Source: Eledone cirrhosa (Eukaryota). From it: a DNA stretch of 64,000 nucleotides. The notes beneath the pieces were generated by a model. The model did not search any database. It was given only the letters and a program-made list of their open reading frames with translations, and was not told where the DNA came from. The position numbers were made by a program, and so were the translations under genes. Numbering within the stretch: position 1 is the first letter of the stretch; every line of letters begins with the position of its first letter. Where the stretch lies: the NCBI GenBank assembly GCA_964016885.1, contig OZ024742.1:165602001-165666000 (forward strand), read 5' to 3'. Shown in pieces: positions 1 to 14,000 of this stretch.

Positions 1-3000
1 TTTTTTTTACAAATTATCTCCCCCTGATTTTTTTTTACAAATTATCTCCCCCTGATTTTTTTACAAATTATCTCCCCCTGATTTTTTTTACAATCTCCGC
101 CTGATTTTTTAAAAAATTATCTTCCCTTGGCTGGCGGGAAATTATCTCCCCTTGGACGGCTGGAAATTATCTCCCCTTGGACGGCTGGAAATTATCTCCC
201 CTAGGACAGCTGGAAATTATCTGCCCTTGATTTTGTTTTTACAAATTATCTCCCCCTGATTTTTTTTACAAATTATCTCCACCTGATTTTTTAAAAAATT
301 ATCTCCCCTTGGACGGCTGGAAATTATCTCCCCTTGATTTTTTTACAAATTATCTCCCCCTGATTTTTTTTACAAGTTATCTCCCCCTGATTTTATGTTA
401 CAAATTATCTCCCCCTGATTTTTTTACAAATTATCTCCCCCTGATTTTTTTTACAAATTATCTCCGCCTGATTTTTTTAAATATTATCTTCCCTTGGCTG
501 GCGGGAAATTATCTCCCCTTGGACGGCTGGAAATTATCTCCCCTTGATTTTTTTTACAAATTATCTCCCCCTGATTTTTTTTTACAAATTATCTCCCCCT
601 GATTTTTTTTTACAAATTATCTCCCCCTGATTTTTTTTTACAAATTATCTCCCCCTGATTTTTTTTTACAAATCTCCCCCTGATTTTTTTATAAATTATC
701 TCCCCTTGGCTGGCTGGAAATTATCTCCCCTTGGAGGCTGGAATTTATCTCCCCTTGGACGGCTAGAAATTACCTCTCCTTGGATGGCTGGAAAATATGT
801 CTCCTTGGACGGCTGGATATTATCTACCCTTGGACGGCTGGAAATTATCTCCCCTTGGACGGCTGGAAATTATCTCCCCTTGGACGGCTAGATATTACCT
901 CCCATTGGACGGCTGGAAATTATCTCCCCTTGATTTTTTTTACAAATTATCTCCCCCTGATTTTTTTTTACGAATTATCTCCCCCTGATTTTTTTTTACA
1001 AATTATCTCCGCCTGATTTTTTTTTAAAAATTATCTCCCCTTGAACGGCTGGAAATTATCTCCCCTTGGACGGCTGGAAATTATCTCCCCTTGGACGGCT
1101 AGAAATTACCTCTCCTTGGACGGCTGAAAATTATCTCCCCTTGGACGGCTGCAAATTATCTCCCCTTGATTTTTTTAACAAATTATCTCCCCCTGATTTT
1201 TTTTTACAAATTATCTCCCCCTGATTTTTTTTACAAATTATCTACGCCTAATTTTTTTTACAAATTATCTCCCCCTGATTTTTTTTTACAAATTATCTCC
1301 CCCTGATTTTTTTTACAAATTATCTCCCCTTGGCTGGCTGGAAATTATCTCCCCTTGGAGGCTGGAATTTATCTCCCCTTGGACGGTTAGAAATTACCTC
1401 TCCTTGGACTGCTGGAAAATATGTCTCCTTGGACGGCTGGAAATTATCTCCCCTTGGACGGCTGGAAATTATCTCCCCTTGGACGGCTGGAAATTATCTC
1501 TCCTCGGACGACTAGAAATTACCTCTCCTTGGACAGCTGAAAATTATCTCCCCTTGGACGGCTGGAAATTATCTCCCCTTGATTTTTTTTACAAATTATC
1601 TCCCCCTGATTTATTTTACAAATTATCTCCCCCTGATTTTTTTTTACAAATTATCTCCCCCTGATTTTTTTTACAAATTATCTCCCCCTGATATTTTTTA
1701 CAAATTATCTCCCCCTGATTTTTTTACAAATTATCTCCCCTTGGCTGGCTGGAAATTATCTACCCTTGGAGGCTGGAATTTATCTCCCCTTGGACGGCTA
1801 GAAATTACCTCGCCTTGGACGGCTGGAAAATATGTCTCCTTGGACGGCTGGAAATTATCTCCCCTTGGACGGCTGGAAATTATCTCCCCTTGGACGGCTG
1901 GAAATTATCTCCCCTTGGACGGCTAGATATTACCTCCCCTTGGACGGCTGGAAATTATCTCCCCTTGATTTTTTTTACAAATTATCTCCCCCTGATTTTT
2001 TTTTACAAATTATCTCCCCCTGATTTTTTTTTACGAAGTATCTCCCCCTGATTTTTTTTTACAAATTATCTCCGCCTGATTTTTTTTTAAAAATTATCTC
2101 CCCTTGAACGGCTGGAAATTATCTCCCCTTGGACGGCTGGAAATTATCTCCCCTTGGACGGCTAGAAATTACCTCTCCTTGGACGGCTGAAAATTATCTC
2201 CCATTGGACGGCTGCAAATTATCTCCCCTTGATTTTTTAACAAATTATCTCCCCCTGATTTTTTTTTACAAATTATCTCCCCCTGATTTTTTTTTACAAA
2301 TTATCTACGCCTAATTTTTTTTACAAATTATCTCCCCCTGATTTTTTTTTACAAATTATCTCCCCCTGATTTTTTTTACAAATTATCTCCCCCTGATTTT
2401 TTTTACAAATTATTTCCCCCTGATTTTTTTACAAATTATCTCCCCCCTGATTTTTTTTACAATCTCCGCCTGATTTTTTTAAAAATTATCTTCCCTTGGC
2501 TGGCGGGAAATTATCTCCCCTTGGACGGCTGGAAATTATATCCCCTTGGAAGGATGGAAATTATCTCCCCTTGGACGGCTGGAAATTATCTCCCCTTGGA
2601 CGGCTGGAAATTATCTCCCCTTGGACAGCTGGAAATTATCTGTCCTTGATTTTGTTTTTACAAATTATCTCCCCCTGATTTTTTTTACAAATTATCTCCA
2701 CCTGATTTTTTAAAAAATTATCTCCCCTTGGACGGCTGGAAATTATCTCCCCTTGATTTTTTTTACAAATTATCTCCCCCTGATTTTTTTTTACAAATTA
2801 TCTCCCCCTGATTTTTTTTTACAAATTATCTCCCCCTGATTTTTTTTTACAAATTATCTCACCCTGATTTTTTTACAAATTATCTCTCCCTGATTTTTTT
2901 ACAAATTATCTCCCCTTGGCTGGCTGGAAATTATCTCCCCTTGGAGGCTGGAATTTATCTCCCCTTGGACGGCTAGAAATTACCTCTCCTTGGACGGCTG

Positions 3001-6000
3001 GAAAATATGTCTCCTTGGACGGCTGGATATTATCTACCCTTGGACGGCTGGAAATTATCTCCCCTTGGACGGCTGGAAATTATCTCCTCTTGGACGGCTA
3101 GATATTACCTCCCCTTGGACGGCTGGAAATTATCTCCCCTTGATTTTTTTACAAATTATCTCCCCCTGATTTTTTTACAAATTATCTCCCCCTGATTTTT
3201 TTTACAAATTATCTCCGCCTAATTTTTTTAAATATTATCTTCCCTTGGCTGGCGGGAAATTATCTCCCCTTGGACGGCTGAAAATTATCTCCCCTTGGAC
3301 GGCTGGAAATTATCTCCCCTTGATTTTTTTTACAAATTATCTCCCCCTGATTTTTTTTTACAAATTATCTCCCCCTGATTTTTTTTACAAATTATCTCCC
3401 CCTGATTTTTTTACAAATTATCTCCCCTTGGCTGGCTGGAAATTATCTCCGCTTGGAGGCTGGAATTTATCTCCCCTTGGACGGCTAGAAATTACCTCTC
3501 CTTGGAAGGCTGGAAAATATGTCCTTGGACGGCTGGATATTATCTACCCTTGGACGGCTGGAAATTATCTCCCCTTGGACGGCTGGAAATTATCTCCCCT
3601 TGGACGGCTAGATATTACCTCCCCTTGGACGGCTGAAAATTATCTCCCCTTGGACGGCTGGAAATTATCTCCCCTTGATTTTTTTTACAAATTATCTCCC
3701 CCTGATTATTTTTTACAAATTATCCCCTGATTTTTTTTTTACAAATTATCTCCCCCTGATTTTTTTTACAAATTATCTCCCCCTGATTTTTTTACAAATT
3801 ATCTCCCCTTGGCTGGCTGGAAATTATCTCCCATTGGAGGCTGGAATTTATCTCCCCTTGGACGGTTAGAAATTACCTCCCCTTGGACGGCTGGAAAATA
3901 TGTCTCCTTGGACGGCTGGAAATTATCGCCCCTTGGATGGCTGGAAATTATCTCCCCTTGGACGGCTGGAAATTATCTCTCATCGGACGGCTAGAAATTA
4001 CCTTTCCTTGGACAGCTGAAAATTATCTCCCCTTGGACGGCTGGAAATTATCTCCCCTTGATTTTTTTTACAAATTATCTCCCCCTGATTTTTTTTTACA
4101 AATTATCTCCCCCTGATTTTTTTTTACAAATTATCTCCCCCTGATTTTTTTTTACAAATTATCTCCCCCTGATATTTTTTACAAATTATCTCCCCCTGAT
4201 TTTTTTACAAATTATCTCCCCTTGGCTGGCTGGAAATTATCTCCCCTTGGAGGCTGGAATTTATCTCCCCTTGGACGGCTAGAAATTACCTCGCCTTGGA
4301 CGGCTGGAAAATATGTCTCCTTGGACGGCTGGAAATTATCTCCCCTTGGACGGCTGGAAATTATCTCCCCTTGGACAGCTGGAAATTATCTCCCCTTGGA
4401 CGGCTAGATATTACCTCCCCTTGGACGGCTGGAAATTATCTCCCCTTGGACGGCTGGAAATTATATCCCCTTGGACGGCTGGAAATTACCTCCCCTTGGA
4501 CAGCTGGAAATTATCTGCCCTTGATTTTGTTTTTACAAATTATCTCCCCCTGATTTTTTTTACAAATTATCTCCACCTGATTTTTTAAAAAATTATCTCC
4601 CCTTGGACGGCTGGAAATTATCTCCCCTTGATTTTTTTTACAAATTATGTCCCCCTGATTTTTTTTTACAAATTATCTCCCCCTGATTTTTTTTTACAAA
4701 TTATCTCCCCCTGATTTTTTTTTACAAATTATCTGCCCCTGATTTTTTTTACAAATTATCTCCCCCTGATTTTTTTACAAATTATCTCCCCTTGGCTGGC
4801 TGGAAATTATCTCCCCTTGGAGGCTGGAATTTATCTCCCCTTGGACGGCTAGAAATTACCTCTCCTTGGACGGCTGGAAAATATTTCTCCTTGGACGGCT
4901 GGATATTATCTACCCTTGGACGGGTGGAAATTATCTCCCCTTGGACGGCTGGAAATTATCTCCCCTTGGACGGCTAGATATTACCTCCCCTTGGACGACT
5001 GGAAATTATCTCCCCTTGATTTTTTTTACAAATTATCTCCCCCTGATTTTTTTTTTACAAATTATCTCCCCCTGATTTTTTTTACAAATTATCTCCGCCT
5101 GATTTTTTTAAATATTATCTTCTCTTGGCTGGCGGGAAATTATCTCCCCTTGGACGGCTGAAAATTATCTCCCCTTGGACGGCTGGAAATTATCTCCCCT
5201 TGATTTTTTTTACAAATTATCTCCCCCTGATTTTTTTTTACAAATTATCTCCCCCTGATTTTTTTTTACAAATTATCTCCCCCTGATTTTTTTTTTACAA
5301 ATTATCTCCCCCTGATTTATTTACAAATTATCTCCCCCTGATTTTTTTTACAAATTATCTCCGCCTGATTTTTTTAAATATTATCTTCTCTTGGCTGGCG
5401 GGAAATTATCTCCCCTTGGACGGCTGAAAATTATCTCCCCTTGGACGGCTGGAAATTATCTCCCCTTGATTTTTTTTACAAATTATCTCCCCCTGATTTT
5501 TTTTTACAAATTATCTCCCCCTGATTTTTTTTTACAAATTATCTCCCCCTGATTTTTTTTTACAAATTATCTCCCCCTGATTTTTTTTACAAATTATCTC
5601 CCCCTGATTTTTTTACAAATTATCTCCCCTTGGCTGGCTGGAAATTATCTCCCCTTGGAGGCTGGAATTTATCTCCCCTTGGACGGCTAGAAATTACCTC
5701 TCCTTGGACGGCTGGAAATTATCTCTCCTCGGACGACTAGAAATTACCTCTCCTTGGACAGCTGAAAATTATCTCCCCTTGGACGGCTGGAAATTATCTC
5801 CCCTTGATTTTTTTTACAAATTATCTCCCCCTGATTTATTTTACAAATTATCTCCCCCTGATTTTTTTTTACAAATTATCTCCCCCTGATTTTTTTTACA
5901 AATTATCTCCCCCTGATATTTTTTACAAATTATCTCCCCCTGATTTTTTTACAAATTATCTCCCCTTGGCTGGCTGGAAATTATCTACCCTTGGAGGCTG

Positions 6001-8085
6001 GAATTTATCTCCCCTTGGACGGCTAGAAATTACCTCGCCTTGGACGGCTGGAAAATATGTCTCCTTGGACGGCTGGAAATTATCTCCCCTTGGACGGCTG
6101 GAAATTATCTCCCCTTGGACGGCTGGAAATTATCTCCCCTTGGACGGCTAGATATTACCTCCCCTTGGACGGCTGGAAATTATCTCCCCTTGATTTTTTT
6201 TACAAATTATCTCCCCCTGATTTTTTTTTACGATCTCCCCCTGATTTTTTTTTACAAATTATCTCCGCCTGATTTTTTTTAAAAAATTATCTCCCCTTGA
6301 ACGGCTGGAAATTATCTCCCCTTGGACGGCTGGAAATTATCTCCCCTTGGACGGCTAGAAATTACCTCTCCTTGGACGGCTGAAAATTATCTCCCATTGG
6401 ACGGCTGCAAATTATCTCCCCTTGATTTTTTAACAAATTATCTCCCCCTGATTTTTTTTTACAAATTATCTCCCCCTGATTTTTTTTTACAAATTATCTA
6501 CGCCTAATTTTTTTTACAAATTATCTCCCCCTGATTTTTTTTTACAAATTATCTCCCCCTGATTTTTTTTACAAATTATCTCCCCCTGATTTTTTTTTAC
6601 AAATTATTTCCCCCTGATTTTTTTACAAATTATCTCCCCCCTGATTTTTTTTACAATCTCCGCCTGATTTTTTTAAAAATTATCTTCCCTTGGCTGGCGG
6701 GAAATTATCTCCCCTTGGACGGCTGGAAATTATATCCCCTTGGAAGGATGGAAATTATCTCCCCTTGGACGGCTGGAAATTATCTCCCCTTGGACGGCTG
6801 GAAATTATCTCCCCTTGGACAGCTGGAAATTATCTGTCCTTGATTTTGTTTTTACAAATTATCTCCCCCTGATTTTTTTTACAAATTATTTCCACCTGAT
6901 TTTTTAAAAAATTATCTCCCCTTGGACGGCTGGAAATTATCTCCCCTTGATTTTTTTTACAAATTATCTCCCCCTGATTTTTTTTTACAAATTATCTCCC
7001 CCTGATTTTTTTTTACAAATTATCTCCCCCTGATTTTTTTTTACAAATTATCTCACCCTGATTTTTTTTACAAATTATCTCTCCCTGATTTTTTTACAAA
7101 TTATCTCCCCTTGGCTGGCTGGAAATTATCTCCCCTTGGAGGCTGGAATTTATCTCCCCTTGGACGGCTAGAAATTACCTCTCCTTGGACGGCTGGAAAA
7201 TATGTCTCCTTGGACGGCTGGATATTATCTACCCTTGGACGGCTGGAAATTATCTCCCCTTGGACGGCTGGAAATTATCTCCTGTTGGACGGCTAGATAT
7301 TACCTCCCCTTGGACGGCTGGAAATTATCTCCCCTTGATTTTTTTACAAATTATCTCCCCCTGATTTTTTTACAAATTATCTCCCCCTGATTTTTTTTAC
7401 AAATTATCTCCGCCTAATTTTTTTAAATATTATCTTCCCTTGGCTGGCGGGAAATTATCTCCCCTTGGACGGCTGAAAATTATCTCCCCTTGGACGGCTG
7501 GAAATTATCTCCCCTTGATTTTTTTTACAAATTATCTCCCCCTGATTTTTTTTTACAAATTATCTCCCCCTGATTTTTTTTACAAATTATCTCCCCCTGA
7601 TTTTTTTACAAATTATCTCCCCTTGGCTGGCTGGAAATTATCTCCCCTTGGAGGCTGGAATTTATCTCCCCTTGGACGGCTAGAAATTACCTCTCCTTGG
7701 AAGGCTGGAAAATATGTCCTTGGACGGCTGGATATTATCTACCCTTGGACGGCTGGAAATTATCTCCCCTTGGACGGCTGGAAATTATCTCCCCTTGGAC
7801 GGCTAGATATTACCTCCCCTTGGACGGCTGAAAATTATCTCCCCTTGGACGGCTGGAAATTATCTCCCCTTGATTTTTTTTTACAAATTATCTCCCCCTG
7901 ATTATTTTTTACAAATTATCCCCTGATTTTTTTTTTACAAATTATCTCCCCCTGATTTTTTTTACAAATTATCTCCCCCTGATTTTTTTACAAATTATCT
8001 CCCCTTGGCTGGCTGGAAATTATCTCCCATTGGAGGCTGGAATTTATCTCCCCTTGGACGGTTAGAAATTACCTCCCCTTGGACA
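1..8085. repeat. ~8-kb block duplicated at ~32840-40925 (offset 32810-32842)
   Basis: Rare variants recur at this offset: ACAAGTTATC 372/33211, CCTTTCCTTGG 4001/36811, TGATTTATTTAC 5313/38123. ORF-track pairs 1330/34141, 4792/37602, 5704/38514, 7440/40282. Confidence 0.9.
1490..8070. repeat. Partial ~4.2-kb higher-order repeat (about 1490-3870 recopied at about 5715-8070); the same arrangement recurs at ~34300-41480
   Basis: ORF-track offsets 1579/5804 (4225), 2496/6690 (4194), 3245/7440 (4195). Second region: 34390/38614 (4224), 37032/41259 (4227). Confidence 0.85.
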
Positions 8086-11000
8086 GCTGAAAATTATCTC
8101 CCCTTGGACGGCTGGAAATTATCTCCCCTTGATTTTTTTTACAAATTATCTCCCCCTGATTTTTTTTTACAAATTATCTCCCCCTGATTTTTTTTTACAA
8201 ATTATCTCCCCCTGATTTTTTTTTACAAATTATCTCCCCCTGATATTTTTTACAAATTATCTCCCCCTGATTTTTTTACAAATTATCTCCCCTTGGCTGG
8301 CTGGAAATTATCTCCCCTTGGAGGCTGGAATTTATCTCCCCTTGGACGGCTAGAACTTACCTCGCCTTGGACGGCTGGAAAATATGTCTCCTTGGACGGC
8401 TGGAAATTATCTCCCCTTGGACGGCTGGAAATTATCTCCCCTTGGACAGCTGGAAATTATCTCCCCTTGGACGGCTAGATATTACCTCCCCTTGGACGGC
8501 TGGAAATTATCTCCCCTTGATTTTTTTTACAAATTATCTCCCCCTGATTTTTTTTTACAAATTATCTCCCCCTGATTTTTTTTTACGAATTATCTCCCCC
8601 CGATTTTTTTTTACAAATTATCTCCGCCTGATTTTTTTTTAAAAATTATCTCCCCTTGAACGGCTGGAAATTATCTCCCCTTGGACGGCTGGAAATTATC
8701 TCCCCTTGGACGGCTAGAAATTACCTCTCCTTGGACGGCTGAAAATTATCTCCCCTTGGACGGCTGCAAATTATCTCCCCTTGATTTTTTAACAAATTAT
8801 CTCCCCCTGATTTTTTTTTACAAATTATCTCCCCCTGATTTTTTTTTACAAATTATCTCCCCCTGATTTTTTTTTACAAATTATCTCCCCCTGATTTTTT
8901 TTACAAATTATCTCCCCCTGATTTTTTTTACAATCTCCGCCTGATTTTTTAAAAAATTATCTTCCCTTGGCTGGCGGGAAATTATCTCCCCTTGGACGGC
9001 TGGAAATTATCTCCCCTTGATTTTTTTACAAATTATCTCCCCCTGATTTTTTTTACAAATTATCTCCCCCTGATTTTATGTTACAAATTATCTCCCCCTG
9101 ATTTTTTTACAAATTATCTCCCCCTGATTTTTTTTACAAATTATCTCCGCCTGATTTTTTTAAATATTATCTTCCCTTGGCTGGCGGGAAATTATCTCCC
9201 CTTGGACGGCTGGAAATTATCTCCCCTTGATTTTTTTTACAAATTATCTCCCCCTGATTTTTTTTTACAAATTATCTCCCCCTGATTTTTTTTTACAAAT
9301 TATCTCCCCCTGATTTTTTTTTACAAATTATCTCCCCCTGATCTTTTTTTACAAATCTCCCCCTGATTTTTTTATAAATTATCTCCCCTTGGCTGGCTGG
9401 AAATTATCTCCCCTTGGAGGCTGGAATTTATCTCCCCTTGGACGGCTAGAAATTACCTCTCCTTGGATGGCTGGAAAATATGTCTCCTTGGACGGCTGGA
9501 TATTATCTACCCTTGGACGGCTGGAAATTATCTCCCCTTGGACGGCTGGAAATTATCTCCCCTTGGACGGCTAGATATTACCTCCCATTGGACGGCTGGA
9601 AATTATCTCCCCTTGATTTTTTTTACAAATTATCTCCCCCTGATTTTTTTTTACGAATTATCTCCCCCTGATTTTTTTTTACAAATTATCTCCGCCTGAT
9701 TTTTTTTTAAAAATTATCTCCCCTTGAACGGCTGGAAATTATCTCCCCTTGGACGGCTGGAAATTATCTCCCCTTGGACGGCTAGAAATTACCTCTCCTT
9801 GGACTGCTGAAAATTATCTCCCCTTGGACGGCTGCAAATTATCTCCCCTTGATTTTTTTAACAAATTATCTCCCCCTGATTTTTTTTTACAAATTATCTC
9901 CCCCTGATTTTTTTTTACAAATTATCTACGCCTAATTTTTTTTACAAATTATCTCCCCCTGATTTTTTTTTACAAATTATCTCCCCCTGATTTTTTTTAC
10001 AAATTATCTCCCCCTGATTTTTTTTACAAATTATCTCCCCCTGATTTTTTTACAAATTATCTCCCCCCTGATTTTTTTTACAATCTCCGCCTGATTTTTT
10101 TAAAAATTATCTTCCCTTGGCTGGCGGGAAATTATCTCCCCTTGGACGGCTGGAAATTATATCCCCTTGGAAGGATGGAAATTATCTCCCCTTGGACGGC
10201 TGGAAATTATCTCCCCTTGGACGGCTGGAAATTACCTCCCCTTGGACAGCTGGAAATTATCTGCCCTTGATTTTGTTTTTACAAATTATCTCCCCCTGAT
10301 TTTTTTTACAAATTATCTCCACCTGATTTTTTAAAAAATTATCTCCCCTTGGACGGCTGGAAATTATCTCCCCTTGGACGGCTGGAAATTATCTCCCCTT
10401 GATTTTTTTTACAAATTATCTCCCCCTGATTTTTTTTTACAAATTATCTCCCCCTGATTTTTTTTACAAATTATCTCCCCCTGATTTTTTTTTACAAATT
10501 ATTTCCCCCTGATTTTTTTACAAATTATCTCCCCCCTGATTTTTTTTACAATTTCCGCCTGATTTTTTTAAAAATTATCTTCCCTTGGCTGGCGGGAAAT
10601 TATCTCCCCTTGGACGGCTGGAAATTATATCCCCTTGGAAGGATGGAAATTATCTCCCCTTGGACGGCTGGAAATTATCTCCCCTTGGACGGCTGGAAAT
10701 TATCTCCCCTTGGACAGCTGGAAATTATCTGCCCTTGATTTTGTTTTTACAAATTATCTCCCCCTGATTTTTTTTACAAATTATCTCCACCTGATTTTTT
10801 AAAAAATTATCTCCCCTTGGACGGCTGGAAATTATCTCCCCTTGATTTTTTTTACAAATTATCTCCCCCTGATTTTTTTTTACAAATTATCTCCCCCTGA
10901 TTTTTTTTACAAATTATCTCCCCCTGATTTTTTTTTACAAATTATCTCACCCTGATTTTTTTTACAAATTATCTCTCCCTGATTTTTTTACAAATTATCT

Positions 11001-14000
11001 CCCCTTGGCTGGCTGGAAATTATCTCCCCTTGGAGGCTGGAATTTATCTCCCCTTGGACGGCTAGAAATTACCTCTCCTTGGACGGCTGGAAAATATGTC
11101 TCCTTGGACGGCTGGATATTATCTACCCTTGGACGGCTGGAAATTATCTCCCCTTGGACGGCTGGAAATTATCTCCTGTTGGACGGCTAGATATTACCTC
11201 CCCTTGGACGGCTGGAAATTATCTCCCCTTGATTTTTTTACAAATTATCTCCCCCTGATTTTTTTACAAATTATCTCCCCCTGATTTTTTTTACAAATTA
11301 TCTCCGCCTAATTTTTTTAAATATTATCTTCCCTTGGCTGGCGGGAAATTATCTCCCCTTGGACGGCTGAAAATTATCTCCCCTTGGACGGCTGGAAATT
11401 ATCTCCCCTTGATTTTTTTTACAAATTATCTCCCCCTGATTTTTTTTTACAAATTATCTCCCCCTGATTTTTTTTACAAATTATCTCCCCCTGATTTTTT
11501 TACAAATTATCTCCCCTTGGCTGGCTGGAAATTATCTCCCCTTGGAGGCTGGAATTTATCTCCCCTTGGACGGCTAGAAATTACCTCTCCTTGGAAGGCT
11601 GGAAAATATGTCCTTGGACGGCTGGATATTATCTACCCTTGGACGGCTGGAAATTATCTCCCCTTGGACGGCTGGAAATTATCTCCCCTTGGACGGCTAG
11701 ATATTACCTCCCCTTGGACGGCTGAAAATTATCTCCCCTTGGACGGCTGGAAATTATCTCCCCTTGATTTTTTTTTACAAATTATCTCCCCCTGATTATT
11801 TTTTACAAATTATCCCCTGATTTTTTTTTTACAAATTATCTCCCCGTGATTTTTTTTACAAATTATCTCCCCCTGATTTTTTTACAAATTATCTCCCCTT
11901 GGCTGGCTGGAAATTATCTCCCATTGGAGGCTGGAATTTATCTCCCCTTGGACGGTTAGAAATTACCTCCCCTTGGACAGCTGAAAATTATCTCCCCTTG
12001 GACGGCTGGAAATTATCTCCCCTTGATTTTTTTTACAAATTATCTCCCCCTGATTTTTTTTTACAAATTATCTCCCCCTGATTTTTTTTTACAAATTATC
12101 TCCCCCTGATTTTTTTTTACAAATTATCTCCCCCTGATATTTTTTACAAATTATCTCCCCCTGATTTTTTTACAAATTATCTCCCCTTGGCTGGCTGGAA
12201 ATTATCTCCCCTTGGAGGCTGGAATTTATCTCCCCTTGGACGGCTAGAACTTACCTCGCCTTGGACGGCTGGAAAATATGTCTCCTTGGACGGCTGGAAA
12301 TTATCTCCCCTTGGACGGCTGGAAATTATCTCCCCTTGGACAGCTGGAAATTATCTCCCCTTGGACGGCTAGATATTACCTCCCCTTGGACGGCTGGAAA
12401 TTATCTCCCCTTGATTTTTTTTACAAATTATCTCCCCCTGATTTTTTTTTACAAATTATCTCCCCCTGATTTTTTTTACGAATTATCTCCCCCCGATTTT
12501 TTTTTACAAATTATCTCCGCCTGATTTTTTTTTAAAAATTATCTCCCCTTGAACGGCTGGAAATTATCTCCCCTTGGACGGCTGGAAATTATCTCCCCTT
12601 GGACGGCTAGAAATTACCTCTCCTTGGACGGCTGAAAATTATCTCCCCTTGGACGGCTGCAAATTATCTCCCCTTGATTTTTTAACAAATTATCTCCCCC
12701 TGATTTTTTTTTACAAATTATCTCCCCCTGATTTTTTTTTACAAATTATCTCCCCCTGATTTTTTTTTACAAATTATCTCCCCCTGATTTTTTTTACAAA
12801 TTATCTCCCCCTGATTTTTTTTACAATCTCCGCCTGATTTTTTAAAAAATTATCTTCCCTTGGCTGGCGGGAAATTATCTCCCCTTGGACGGCTGGAAAT
12901 TATCTCCCCTTGATTTTTTTACAAATTATCTCCCCCTGATTTTTTTTACAAATTATCTCCCCCTGATTTTATGTTACAAATTATCTCCCCCTGATTTTTT
13001 TACAAATTATCTCCCCCTGATTTTTTTTACAAATTATCTCCGCCTGATTTTTTTAAATATTATCTTCCCTTGGCTGGCGGGAAATTATCTCCCCTTGGAC
13101 GGCTGGAAATTATCTCCCCTTGATTTTTTTTACAAATTATCTCCCCCTGATTTTTTTTTACAAATTATCTCCCCCTGATTTTTTTTTACAAATTATCTCC
13201 CCCTGATTTTTTTTTACAAATTATCTCCCCCTGATTTTTTTTTACAAATCTCCCCCTGATTTTTTTATAAATTATCTCCCCTTGGCTGGCTGGAAATTAT
13301 CTCCCCTTGGAGGCTGGAATTTATCTCCCCTTGGACGGCTAGAAATTACCTCTCCTTGGATGGCTGGAAAATATGTCTCCTTGGACGGCTGGATATTATC
13401 TACCCTTGGACGGCTGGAAATTATCTCCCCTTGGACGGCTGGAAATTATCTCCCCTTGGACGGCTAGATATTACCTCCCATTGGACGGCTGGAAATTATC
13501 TCCCCTTGATTTTTTTTACAAATTATCTCCCCCTGATTTTTTTTTACGAATTATCTCCCCCTGATTTTTTTTTACAAATTATCTCCGCCTGATTTTTTTT
13601 TAAAAATTATCTCCCCTTGAACGGCTGGAAATTATCTCCCCTTGGACGGCTGGAAATTATCTCCCCTTGGACGGCTAGAAATTACCTCTCCTTGGACTGC
13701 TGAAAATTATCTCCCCTTGGACGGCTGCAAATTATCTCCCCTTGATTTTTTTAACAAATTATCTCCCCCTGATTTTTTTTTACAAATTATCTCCCCCTGA
13801 TTTTTTTTTACAAATTATCTACGCCTAATTTTTTTTACAAATTATCTCCCCCTGATTTTTTTTTACAAATTATCTCCCCCTGATTTTTTTTACAAATTAT
13901 CTCCCCCTGATTTTTTTTACAAATTATCTCCCCCTGATTTTTTTACAAATTATCTCCCCCCTGATTTTTTTTACAATCTCCGCCTGATTTTTTTAAAAAT

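Noticed and set aside
130-155. GGGAAATTATCTCCCC as an NF-kB site or hairpin, and poly-T tracts as intrinsic terminators
   Set aside because: The spacing is longer than the 10-11-bp kB consensus and the stem would be only ~4 bp. The T tracts are not preceded by a stable GC hairpin, and there is no transcription unit.
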